Origin: Acidimicrobiia bacterium UBA5794
GTDB lineage: Bacteria > Actinomycetota > Acidimicrobiia > Spongiisociales > UBA5794
Length of the DNA: 64,000 nt
NCBI GenBank assembly: GCA_002418265.1
Contig: DIDS01000019.1
Location: 3,848 to 67,847 of the forward strand
Reading direction: 5' to 3'
Shown here: positions 39,186 to 48,281 of the stretch, in pieces
Numbering within the stretch: the stretch's first letter is position 1
Layout of the letters: every line of letters begins with the position of its first letter
Translations under genes and position numbers: made by a program
The notes under the pieces: model-generated
The model's input: only the letters and a program-made list of their open reading frames with translations
Told to the model about the DNA's origin: nothing
Database searches by the model: none

Positions 39186-40621
39186 CCCTTTACCCCTACC
39201 CGGACACCTGCAAACCGAGCGGGCGATGCCGAATGTCCGGTGTGAGCAACCTGAACCGGTTGACCTTTCCCACAGTTCGGGACACCCCAATGGGTCCACT
39301 CGCTCTCACCGGCAAGCCGGTCAAGGGAACCCCAGAACTGTGGTGTGATGCCGGTGTACGTCGGGTTCTTGAGCATCCGACCGAGCTTCCCGTTCTTGAT
39401 CTCGTACCCGATCTCGCATCCGAACTGGAAGTTGAGCCTGCGGTCGTCGATGGACCAGGATCGGTTTGTCCCCATGTAGACACCATCGTCGGTGTCAGAA
39501 ATGATGTCGTCGAGCGTTCCGTCCCCGGGGAGCAGACCAACGTTGGTCATTCTCACCATCGGGATCCGGTTGTATCCGTCTCCGCGCACCATTCCGCCCG
39601 GTCGGAGACCGGCGACCGCGGCAGAGTCACGGCCAGAGAGGACACCGACCCAGATTCCGTTCTTGACGATGTCGACACACGATGCGGGCGATCCCTCGTC
39701 GTCGTAGCCGAACGTCCCGAGCGCTCCGGGGATGGTCGCATCCGCGGTGATGTTCATGAGTTCGGATCCATACCGATGGGTTCCTAGTTTGTCGAGTTCG
39801 AGGTGGCTTGTCCCTGCGAACGCTGCTTCCCATCCGAGGATTCGATCAAGCTCGATGGCGTGTCCAACGGATTCGTGTATTTGGAGGGCGACCTGGGAGC
39901 TCTCAAGAATCAGGTTCGTTTGACGTTCCTCCATCTCTGGCGCAGTAAGCAAGGCAACTGCTTCTTCAGCAATGCGTTCGGCATGATCGGAGTAGTTCCA
40001 CTTCCGAATCGTTTCGTAGCCCCCAGTCTCGTACTGGCCGAATGATTGCGGGTACGACCTGATCTGGGTTTCGTGTTCACCGATCGCCGTCGCTGTGTAG
40101 AAGCCACCCGCTTCAACGATGTGCTGCTCGATGCGGTGCCCGATCGAAGAAACGAACCATTTGCGGGTGTCCCACCCGGCCACCATGCCGTAGGCCAAGT
40201 TGATGCCCTCAACCCTCTGCATCGTTGCGGTGAGGTCAACGAGCATGTCCACTTTTTCGGTGGTCGGGACATCGAACGGGTTCTCGATGTGGGGTGTCTC
40301 CCAGAAGGCTTCAACAACGGGGACATCGGCAAACTCAAGCAACGGACCCGCCACGGCAGCTGATGCCTTGGCGATTGCAGCTGCAAGTTCACCGCACGAA
40401 CGCAGACCAACATTGGATAGGTCTCCGGTCGAGGCAAATCCCCACGACGATCCGATCAACGCCCGGACACCGACGCCGATCCGCTCCGAGACGTCAAGTG
40501 TTTCGAGATGCTGATTCTGCACCTCGATCGATTCTTCCTTGGCGACAACGGCCCTGGCATCAGCGTACGTTGCACCGGCATCGATCGCGGCCAGAACGCC
40601 CATCTCAGCTCGGTCGAACAT
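39182..40621 (-). CDS. tldD: TldD family metalloprotease
   Basis: IHESVGHAIELD and NCGKGQP. Confidence 0.93.
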   Translation of the reverse strand: MFDRAEMGVLAAIDAGATYADARAVVAKEESIEVQNQHLETLDVSERIGVGVRALIGSSWGFASTGDLSNVGLRSCGELAAAIAKASAAVAGPLLEFADVPVVEAFWETPHIENPFDVPTTEKVDMLVDLTATMQRVEGINLAYGMVAGWDTRKWFVSSIGHRIEQHIVEAGGFYTATAIGEHETQIRSYPQSFGQYETGGYETIRKWNYSDHAERIAEEAVALLTAPEMEERQTNLILESSQVALQIHESVGHAIELDRILGWEAAFAGTSHLELDKLGTHRYGSELMNITADATIPGALGTFGYDDEGSPASCVDIVKNGIWVGVLSGRDSAAVAGLRPGGMVRGDGYNRIPMVRMTNVGLLPGDGTLDDIISDTDDGVYMGTNRSWSIDDRRLNFQFGCEIGYEIKNGKLGRMLKNPTYTGITPQFWGSLDRLAGESEWTHWGVPNCGKGQPVQVAHTGHSASPARFAGVRVGVKG

Positions 40622-41295
40622 CAGACTCTCGAGGCAGTCGGTTTCACACGAATGGCACCCGCAGCATCTGCAGCGAGCTGTACCGGTCCATTCGACGTCC
40701 CGAGCACCACGCTGCCATCGGCAGCTGAGGCAAGAACCGTCACCGTCGTACCGCGCACAGCCCCTTGGGAGGCCAGAAAGGCGTCAAATGGCGTGGCGAC
40801 CTCAAGCACCTCCATGTCTGCACCCGGTGGAGCTTCAGCAAGGGGAATACCTTCCGAGGCCGCAGAGCCACGGCCGTGTGGGATTGGCTTTCCCGTCGGC
40901 CCGAACTGTGGATCTCCGAGGAACCCTGCCAAACGGTCCGCTACGAGTTCTGGCGTGACATGTTCCATCTCGCACGCAATCTCGTCTGCACGCTCGGGCG
41001 TGAAGCCAAGGTGTTCGGAGAGAAACAGGCCCCACAACCTCCGACTGCGAAGTACAGAATCCGCCAACAACGATCCTTCAACGGTCAGGGAGACACCCTT
41101 GTACGGCGTGTAACTGACGAGTCCGAGACCTTCGAGCTTCTTCACCATCTGGTTCGCAGAGACCGACGAAACCTCGAGGGCTCGGGCGACATCCGATACG
41201 GCAATCGGTGGAACCGATCCATCCTCGACCGCGCGAGCGATCGTGATGAGGTACATCTCCTCGGCCTCTGTCGGTATGTGTGTGTGTTGAATCAT
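40621..41295 (-). CDS. DtxR/MntR family metal-dependent regulator with FeoA-like domain
   Basis: EMYLITI, HTH, RRLWGLFL, ACEMEH and PTGKPIP. Confidence 0.9.
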   Translation of the reverse strand: MIQHTHIPTEAEEMYLITIARAVEDGSVPPIAVSDVARALEVSSVSANQMVKKLEGLGLVSYTPYKGVSLTVEGSLLADSVLRSRRLWGLFLSEHLGFTPERADEIACEMEHVTPELVADRLAGFLGDPQFGPTGKPIPHGRGSAASEGIPLAEAPPGADMEVLEVATPFDAFLASQGAVRGTTVTVLASAADGSVVLGTSNGPVQLAADAAGAIRVKPTASRV

Positions 41296-41362
41296 CAGAG
41301 GTACCAAGGGTACCGGACCGGTTTTGCCTGCTGAGCAACGCGGGTGCTGATACCGTTGTCCG

Positions 41363-41803
41363 ATGCACAATCTCGTAGGAACCTGGAGACTGGTCGACTG
41401 GAACGTGGAGATCGGTGGTCGCACCGTCCGCCCGTTTGGCGGCTCGGCAGTCGGTCTCCTCACATACACGAACGACGGTCGCATGATGGCATCCCTCATG
41501 AAGAAGGACCGCGACCTCCTCGACACCCACTCCTTTGCCCAGGCACATGCTCTCGACCGTGCGGCTGCAGCGGTTGGCTACATCTCATACGCCGGCACCT
41601 ACTTCGTCGAGGGAGATGAGGTCCACCACGATGTGGAGTTGAGCCTGTTTCCCGATTGGGTTGGCGCGACACAGACCCGATTGATCCGCTGGATCGATCA
41701 GCCCGATGGAACGACACACCTCGAGTTGTCCTACGTGCAACCGGGAGCGGGAAGAAAGGCCACCAATACACTTCGGTGGTCCAGAATCACCACGGAGGAC
41801 TGA
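41363..41803 (+). CDS. Lipocalin-like domain protein
   Basis: LVGTWRLV, GLLTYTNDGRM, SYAGTY and SLFPDWVG. Confidence 0.85.
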   Translation: MHNLVGTWRLVDWNVEIGGRTVRPFGGSAVGLLTYTNDGRMMASLMKKDRDLLDTHSFAQAHALDRAAAAVGYISYAGTYFVEGDEVHHDVELSLFPDWVGATQTRLIRWIDQPDGTTHLELSYVQPGAGRKATNTLRWSRITTED

Positions 41804-41805
41804 TC

Positions 41806-43311
41806 ATGACGACCCTTGCCGAATGGACCGAGGCGGCCGCCGCCGTTGAACCCAGGAACCAGATGTTCATCGAAGGTGAATGGGTTGACGCGCAGTCCGG
41901 AGCAACGTTTGAGACGATCAATCCGGCAACCGGCACCGTGATCACCTCGGTAGCCGAAGGCGACGAGGCCGATATTGACGTTGCGGTGCGATCGGCCCGT
42001 GCATCCTTCGAGGATGGACGGTGGGCGAACCTGTCACCACGTGACCGCGGCCAAGCCCTGATCAGACTCGCGGGGCTCATCGACTCACACGGCGAAGAGC
42101 TGCAACTCCTTGAGACCCTTGACGTCGGAAAACCGATCCGCTATTCACGTCGTGTTGATGTCGCCCAGGCGGTCCACACCTACTCGTGGTACGGAGAGGC
42201 AGCAGACAAGCTCTACGACGACATTGCGCCAACCGGTCCGAACGCCCTGGGGCTGATCACACGCGAACCGATCGGAGTTGTTGGTGCTGTGACCCCTTGG
42301 AACTTCCCCATGATGATCAACGCATGGAAACTCGCACCGGCACTGATGGCTGGGAATTCAGTCGTGTTGAAGCCAGCCGAGCAGTCGCCGCTTTCAGCAT
42401 TGCGTATCGCCGAACTCGCCATCGAAGCTGGAATCCCTCCCGGCGTCCTGAATGTGGTTCCGGGGTACGGCGAGACGGCCGGTAGGGCACTTGGCCTCCA
42501 TCCCGACGTTGATGGCATCACATTCACGGGTTCAACCGAGGTCGGCAAGCTCTTCCTCCAGTACGCCGGCCAATCGAACATGAAACGGGTCTCTGCTGAG
42601 ACGGGCGGGAAGACACCGAACATGATCTTCGCTGATGCACCCGATCTCAACTTTGCCATCGGTGCTGTGGGCTTCTCGATCTTTTGGAATACGGGAGAGA
42701 TGTGCATCGCAGGGTCTCGGCTGCTCGCCGAGCGATCGGTCTACGACCGCGTCGTGGAGGAGGTTGGAGCGATGTCGGGTGGCTGGACACCCGGTGACCC
42801 GCTCGATCCTGCAACGAAGGCAGGGCCGATCGTCGACCAGTCCCAGCTCGATCGCGTGTGCCACTACATCGACCGTGGTGTCGATCAGGGTGCACGCCTT
42901 GTTGCCGGAGGAAGTCGGACCTTGACCGAGACGGGCGGCTACTTCGTGGAGCCGACCGTGTTCGCAGATGTTTCCAACGACATGGACATCGCTCGCGACG
43001 AGATTTTCGGACCGGTGCTGAGCATCATCCCGTTCGACTCCGAAGAAGAGGCCCTGGCGATAGCAAATGAGACCCGATTTGGACTCTCGGCTGCACTGTG
43101 GACCTCGAATCTCGGCCGTGCCCATCGAATGTCGGCCGCATTGAAGGCTGGAACCGTGTGGGTCAACAACTTCGACACATCAGACATCACGGCCCCGTTC
43201 GGCGGCTACAAGGAGTCCGGCTTCGGTGGCAAGGACAAGTCGCTCCTCGCCCTCGACAAGTACACCAACGTCAAGACCACCTGGATCAACCTCGGCCGCG
43301 GCGGCGTCTAG
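41806..43311 (+). CDS. Aldehyde dehydrogenase (PuuC-like)
   Basis: PWNFP, FTGSTEVG, ETGGK, catalytic Cys in GEMCIAG, and EIFGPV. Confidence 0.93.
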   Translation: MTTLAEWTEAAAAVEPRNQMFIEGEWVDAQSGATFETINPATGTVITSVAEGDEADIDVAVRSARASFEDGRWANLSPRDRGQALIRLAGLIDSHGEELQLLETLDVGKPIRYSRRVDVAQAVHTYSWYGEAADKLYDDIAPTGPNALGLITREPIGVVGAVTPWNFPMMINAWKLAPALMAGNSVVLKPAEQSPLSALRIAELAIEAGIPPGVLNVVPGYGETAGRALGLHPDVDGITFTGSTEVGKLFLQYAGQSNMKRVSAETGGKTPNMIFADAPDLNFAIGAVGFSIFWNTGEMCIAGSRLLAERSVYDRVVEEVGAMSGGWTPGDPLDPATKAGPIVDQSQLDRVCHYIDRGVDQGARLVAGGSRTLTETGGYFVEPTVFADVSNDMDIARDEIFGPVLSIIPFDSEEEALAIANETRFGLSAALWTSNLGRAHRMSAALKAGTVWVNNFDTSDITAPFGGYKESGFGGKDKSLLALDKYTNVKTTWINLGRGGV

Positions 43312-43313
43312 AA

Positions 43314-43452
43314 GCCCCCCTGCTCCTCGCAACGCTCGTCGCGTCCCCCCGCTCCGCGGGAGGACGGTTGCTCAGATTCTTCCCGTCCCCTCGGGCTGCC
43401 CGGGGGGACGCGGAGCGATACCTGCGCAGCAGGCGCTGCTCCGCAGGGGGGC
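43314..43452. repeat. Second doublet of the hairpin unit seen at 14591, in the opposite arrangement
   Basis: GCCCCCCTG...CGTCCCCCC..GGGAGGACGG, then CCGTCCCC..GGGGGGACG...CAGGGGGGC; between convergent genes. Confidence 0.75.
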
Positions 43453-43483
43453 CTCTCCATGGGGAACAGTTGCCGAGCGCCTC

Positions 43484-43969
43484 CTACCGGAGTTCGGTGA
43501 ACCCTCGGTTGACGTAGAGGAGGGACTTGGCATCACCGACCGTGCCTCGGCGAACCAACCCGTAGAGCACCCAATGGTCGCCCATCTCCGTGCGTTGGAT
43601 GGTCTCGCACTCAAACACCTGGAAGGCCTCGGCGAGGATCGGTCCCGCCACAGGTGTCTCGGGATCGGACCATTCAACGGATCCGAACTTGTCGGCGCCT
43701 CTTGTGGCGAAGAGCATGGCCGTGTCCTCGGTGCCCTGCGGCATGAAGTTGACGGTGTATCCATCTGCCGAGATCATGGCATCAAGTGATCCCGTGATCT
43801 TGTCCACACATACGAGAACGATCGGTGGATCAACCGAAACCGACACAAACGCCGAGACCGTGATCCCAACGGGCCCCTCGGTTGTGTTGACGGTCACGAT
43901 TTCGACCGACACCGCGTGCCGAGACATGGCGTCCTTGAAGTCCTCGCCATCCATCACCGCGCCATCCAT
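43484..43969 (-). CDS. Flavin reductase family protein
   Basis: GITVSAFVSVSVDPP and GDHWVLYG. Confidence 0.92.
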   Translation of the reverse strand: MDGAVMDGEDFKDAMSRHAVSVEIVTVNTTEGPVGITVSAFVSVSVDPPIVLVCVDKITGSLDAMISADGYTVNFMPQGTEDTAMLFATRGADKFGSVEWSDPETPVAGPILAEAFQVFECETIQRTEMGDHWVLYGLVRRGTVGDAKSLLYVNRGFTELR

Positions 43970-44044
43970 TGATCCTCCGTACCCGTTGCCGGGAGGGTAA
44001 CGAAGAAGGGCATTCCGCCTTCCATTTCCCGAAGTCAGAAGTCT

Positions 44045-44100
44045 GTCATCGGTCATCGGTCATCGGTCATCGGTCATCGGTCATCGGTCATCGGTCATCG
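44045..44100. repeat. Perfect (GTCATCG)8 heptamer repeat in a divergent promoter region
   Basis: Eight exact units counted, with degenerate flanking units. Confidence 0.95.
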
Positions 44101-44123
44101 GCAGCCGGTCATATCATGGTCGC

Positions 44124-45029
44124 ATGACACGTCGCATCGACATCGTTGAAGTTGGTCCCCGCGATGGGCTGCAGAACGAGGACAGAATCCTTTCGACCGA
44201 TCAGAAGGTACGCCTGATCGAGCACCTTCTTGAAGCCGGGGTCCGTCGCATTGAGACTGTTTCATTTGCTCACCCCACCCTCGTTCCACAGATGGCCGAT
44301 GCTGAAGCCGTAATGGCGCGCCTTCCCGAAGGGGATGGGGTTTCCTACATCGGGCTTGTGATGAACCAACGAGGGTGGCAACGAGCCTGTGAAACGCGTG
44401 TCAATGAGATCAACATCCCCGTGTTCGCAACCGACACCTTCAACGAGAAGAACCAGGGTGTCTCCACGGACGAGTCGATCGAGACACTGGCACAGATTGC
44501 GGTCGAGGCGTCCGCTGCCGGTCTCGGAGTCACCGCCACGATTTCGGCTGCTTGGGGTTGTCCCTTCGAAGGCGAGGTACCCACCGAGCGGGTCGTTGCG
44601 ATCGCCCGGAGGCTCGCCGAAACAGACATCGACGAACTTGCTCTCGGCGACACGATTGGCGTTGCTGATCCGTGGTCGGTGACCGAACGCATCGCAGCCG
44701 TGCAAACCGTCACTGGGGATCTCCCGTTGCGAGTCCACTTCCACGACACACGCAACACGGGCATTGCCAATGTTCATGCCGCAATCGACTCGGGCGTTTC
44801 CGTGATCGATGCATCCGTTGGCGGCATCGGGGGTTGCCCATTCGCACCTGCGGCGACCGGCAACATCGCGACGGACGATCTCGTCTACATGCTCAACCGT
44901 GCCGGATTTGAGCACGGAATCTCGCTCGATGCCCTCATCGGGATATCACAAGAAATGGAAGACGTACTCGGCAAGACGGTACCTGCCATGTTGCCCAAGG
45001 CAGGAGACTTCCCAGGAGGGTTGCAATGA
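44124..45029 (+). CDS. Hydroxymethylglutaryl-CoA lyase
   Basis: EVGPRDGLQNE, HFHDTR and GGIGGCPFAPAATGN. Confidence 0.94.
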   Translation: MTRRIDIVEVGPRDGLQNEDRILSTDQKVRLIEHLLEAGVRRIETVSFAHPTLVPQMADAEAVMARLPEGDGVSYIGLVMNQRGWQRACETRVNEINIPVFATDTFNEKNQGVSTDESIETLAQIAVEASAAGLGVTATISAAWGCPFEGEVPTERVVAIARRLAETDIDELALGDTIGVADPWSVTERIAAVQTVTGDLPLRVHFHDTRNTGIANVHAAIDSGVSVIDASVGGIGGCPFAPAATGNIATDDLVYMLNRAGFEHGISLDALIGISQEMEDVLGKTVPAMLPKAGDFPGGLQ

Positions 45030-45322
45030 TCAGACATGTTGTTTTTTTCGAGTTCAAGGATGGAGTCAGCCAAGAAGACATCGAGGAAATGGAAGCCGCG
45101 CTCAAGGCACTCCCCGACGCCATCGACACCATCGAGGCATACACGGTCGGTCCCGACATCGGCCTGTCAGAGTCGGCGGTTGATTTCGCAGTGGTTGCCG
45201 ACTTCGCAACACCCGAGGGATATCTCGCATACCGAAGCCACCCTGCCCATGTTGCTGCGGTCGAAAGCTTCGTCAACCCCATCGTTGCCCGGATCTCACG
45301 CATCCAGTTTGAAGTCAATTAG
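45026..45322 (+). CDS. Dabb (stress-responsive A/B barrel) protein
   Basis: MIRHVVFF...YRSHPAH. Confidence 0.9.
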   Translation: MIRHVVFFEFKDGVSQEDIEEMEAALKALPDAIDTIEAYTVGPDIGLSESAVDFAVVADFATPEGYLAYRSHPAHVAAVESFVNPIVARISRIQFEVN

Positions 45323-46130
45323 TCACGGTCGGTCGGTGCACTCCACGTACGACAAGCACGATCGACGCCAGAGCGGCCGTCCCCAGGCCAGCGGCGATCG
45401 GGGCGATGTCCCAAAACGCCTCGGTTCCACCGACGACGGCTGCCACGATCAGATAGGTGCCTGCAGCGAGGCGTGACATCCGTAGGCGCCGATTGTCAAG
45501 GTGGCCACCGCTGCGGTCCGTTGGTGAGACGGTTGACACGCGAATGATTGAGACTGCTGCGACGACGGCAACAGCCCCAGCCAGAGCAAGCGTCTCGGTC
45601 GAGACCGTGATCACATCGAGATCTGCCAAGTAGAACGCACCAACGAACGACACGGCAAGCACCCCGACAGCCCACCAGCGAAGTGGTCCGACCTCGGGTG
45701 CCTCCTTAAGCCACACCAAAGCGAAGATTCCGATCGGCCATGCCCAGATCTCTCCCCCGGATCCGAACCCGACGATTGCGACGAGCAGGAGGTCGGATGC
45801 TGTGAGGAACCGTCCAACGGTTCCGGTCGTCATCCGAAGCGTCAACATCGCCGCACCCGTGATGAGCGCGTTTGGCACATCCACGAACACTGCGGCTCCC
45901 GCCAGCACCATTGCGAGCGTTGCCACGTGCACATGGTCCGGATCGAGCTCTCGACCGATCATCCACGCAATCGCGACGGAAATCGCCGATGTCACCGCCT
46001 CGGCGTAAGTCAGCCGATCGCCGAAGGCAGCAAGGGCGATGAACCCGGCAAGGAAAACGAGGAAGCCGCCCGCAAAGATGCGGTTCGAAACCAATCGGAT
46101 GTCAATGCCTCGTCCGAGACCGCCGAACAT
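45315..46130 (-). CDS. Hypothetical multi-pass membrane protein
   Basis: Highly hydrophobic, with a WMIGRELDPD motif and GGAG SD. Confidence 0.7.
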   Translation of the reverse strand: MFGGLGRGIDIRLVSNRIFAGGFLVFLAGFIALAAFGDRLTYAEAVTSAISVAIAWMIGRELDPDHVHVATLAMVLAGAAVFVDVPNALITGAAMLTLRMTTGTVGRFLTASDLLLVAIVGFGSGGEIWAWPIGIFALVWLKEAPEVGPLRWWAVGVLAVSFVGAFYLADLDVITVSTETLALAGAVAVVAAVSIIRVSTVSPTDRSGGHLDNRRLRMSRLAAGTYLIVAAVVGGTEAFWDIAPIAAGLGTAALASIVLVVRGVHRPTVTN

Positions 46131-46157
46131 GCTCCACCTACCTGATCGTTCCGAACG

Positions 46158-47540
46158 CTACAACGACTTGAGGAAGTGGAGCAGGCGCTCCCGATCGTCG
46201 GCATCAAGCTTGATGAACTGTGCTGCGGATGCCGTTGCCTCTCCGCCGTGCCACAGGATCGCTTCTTCGATCGAGCGTGCCCGTCCATCGTGGAGGAATC
46301 CCGCATTGGGGTTCACTGCCCGGGTGAAGCCAAGTCCCCACAGCGGAGGCGTTCGCCATTCAGTGGGACCGGCAGTGCCGTCCGTTCGACCATCACCCAG
46401 ACCCTCTCCCATGTCGTGGAGGAGCATGTCGGTGAATGGGTAGATGGTTTGATTCGCGAGGGCGTCGACCTCATGATCACCGGTCTTCCACCGCTCGATG
46501 TGGCATGCGTCGCATCCGATTGACTCGAAGATCGCTTGTCCCCTGATCACCGATGCATCGTCAAGGCCGACTCTTGCGGGGACTCCAAGGGTTTGGGCAT
46601 AGAAGACGACAGCACCGATTCGATCTGACGAGATCTCGGGGTTTCCTCCGGTGGGTGCTTCGCTGCACGCGACCTGACCGATCGGACAGTTTTCGTCTGG
46701 CATCATCGGCGAGGTGATGCCAAGGTCGAGAAGGTATGCCAACGCAGTCTGGTCTGCGACGGTTGCGATGTTCGCCTTGAGCCCAAACCGCCCAAGAGCT
46801 GGTTCGCCCGAAAGCGTCTCGACCACCGACGCCACCCCCGAAATGCCGTCGCCGTCGAGGTCGTCGGGATCGGCATGTGAACGGATGTCATCAGCAGGTA
46901 TGGCTTCGAGGAGACCGACACCGATCAGCGCGGGTGCGGACCTCAGACCGGATGCATGCGCACCAGTGAGTGAACCGAAGCGTTCGTTGGAAACGTCGAT
47001 GATTGGGGATCGAAGCGTGTAGCTGGTTCCGTCCCGATACCTGCCTTCTGTCTCCGTCCATGTGACACGGATGTCGGCCTCCGGCTCAACCCCGTCAATG
47101 GCTTTGCTCTGGAGCTGCACACCATACGCATCAAGGGTCGTGGCTGTTCCATCTGGTGTGATGAAACGGATGATGGGAGCCGCATCGGGGTGGTCCGGAG
47201 CGCTGGATCTGCCATCGCCGAGGTGACACCCAGCGCACGACGTCGCAAGGAACGTGGGTCCGAGGCCATCTTGATCCGGTTGGCCGCTTGACGCAACGGA
47301 CCAGGGTTTCGTAAAGAACTGGTCCCCGATGAGGAAGCGGGCGACCTGCCGCTCTGTCAGATTTGCGGCAGGTTGGCTGAAGGCTCCGACACCTCTGGCT
47401 TTGACTGTTCCATCGCCACCGGGAGCTCCGGGCCCCGAGCGGGATGGATTCGGTGTAACGCTCAGCGTGCAGGCCGATACCGCCACAGCCAAGACAGTGC
47501 ACAGCAATGTCAGTATCAGGTTCACACGGTTCGCGGCCAT
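46158..47540 (-). CDS. Di-heme oxidoreductase (DHOR) family c-type cytochrome lipoprotein
   Basis: Lipobox VSAC, DGLGP..CAGCH, CDACH, TDMLLHDMG, WRTPPLWG and LHDGRARS. Confidence 0.92.
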   Translation of the reverse strand: MAANRVNLILTLLCTVLAVAVSACTLSVTPNPSRSGPGAPGGDGTVKARGVGAFSQPAANLTERQVARFLIGDQFFTKPWSVASSGQPDQDGLGPTFLATSCAGCHLGDGRSSAPDHPDAAPIIRFITPDGTATTLDAYGVQLQSKAIDGVEPEADIRVTWTETEGRYRDGTSYTLRSPIIDVSNERFGSLTGAHASGLRSAPALIGVGLLEAIPADDIRSHADPDDLDGDGISGVASVVETLSGEPALGRFGLKANIATVADQTALAYLLDLGITSPMMPDENCPIGQVACSEAPTGGNPEISSDRIGAVVFYAQTLGVPARVGLDDASVIRGQAIFESIGCDACHIERWKTGDHEVDALANQTIYPFTDMLLHDMGEGLGDGRTDGTAGPTEWRTPPLWGLGFTRAVNPNAGFLHDGRARSIEEAILWHGGEATASAAQFIKLDADDRERLLHFLKSL

Positions 47541-47603
47541 CAAGGCATCGTACGCTGGTGACGGACTCGACCGGAATGTCAGGAAGCCAGCCCACAGAAC
47601 GCG

Positions 47604-47655
47604 GCGTACCCTGGGTTCCAGTGGACATATGTGTCGGGTGGAGCCCAGGGTACGC
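47604..47655. repeat. Inverted pair of REP-like palindromes
   Basis: GCGTACCCTGGGTTCCA ... TGGAGCCCAGGGTACGC. Confidence 0.8.
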
Positions 47656-47669
47656 GGTCTCGGCGACTG

Positions 47670-48197
47670 CTAGGCGTTCAGGGAGGAGGTTTCCGCTGAC
47701 GATCGGTTGGCTTCGTGTTCTGCTTTTCGTTCGGCCACGAAATCATCCCATTCGGCCTGAGTGATCTGCCCATCCTCGATCAGCTCAGCAAAAGGACCAT
47801 CGGCGTCCTTGAACGGATGACCGTCAGGGAGTTCTGCGATCTCGTCGGCTGAGATCACGCCGTCGTCAAGGAGTTCCATGACACGGTGCCGCATTATCGC
47901 TCGCCTGCGGTGCTTGCGACGCTCAGGGCCGTCGGGCCTGTTCTCCTTCATCTCTTCATGCTTGGCTTCGAGCGCCTCCTTGACAGCATCAGCCTGATCC
48001 TGTGTGATCGTCCCGTCTGCGACCAACTCCGAGAGAACATCCTCAAGGATCGAACCTGGAGCCGGGCGCTCAACCTGTTCGGTCGCATTGTCCTCTGCTG
48101 TCTGTGCCTCCGCCGCAGAGCCAGTCACGGAGGAGGCAACAAAAGCGCCCGCCACGAGCACCCCCGCCGCCGCAAGACTTACGATGATCTTCCTCAT
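47670..48197 (-). CDS. Hypothetical secreted protein
   Basis: Signal peptide ending AEA-Q; repeated LVADGTITQ / LLDDGVISA / LIEDGQITQ motif. Confidence 0.75.
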   Translation of the reverse strand: MRKIIVSLAAAGVLVAGAFVASSVTGSAAEAQTAEDNATEQVERPAPGSILEDVLSELVADGTITQDQADAVKEALEAKHEEMKENRPDGPERRKHRRRAIMRHRVMELLDDGVISADEIAELPDGHPFKDADGPFAELIEDGQITQAEWDDFVAERKAEHEANRSSAETSSLNA

Positions 48198-48281
48198 TGT
48201 GTGCATCCTTCCTGTCAACGCCGTATGTCGGCATCTCCCCCATAGGTTCACAAGTCGATGCCGAGAGTCTGTATGTCGAAG

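Noticed and set aside
37630-40621. TldDE as part of a RiPP cluster
   Set aside because: No YcaO, radical SAM or other modifying enzyme and no precursor-like peptide nearby.
10744-44100. Tandem arrays as CRISPR
   Set aside because: Units are 7 or 13 bp with no spacers, and there are no cas genes.
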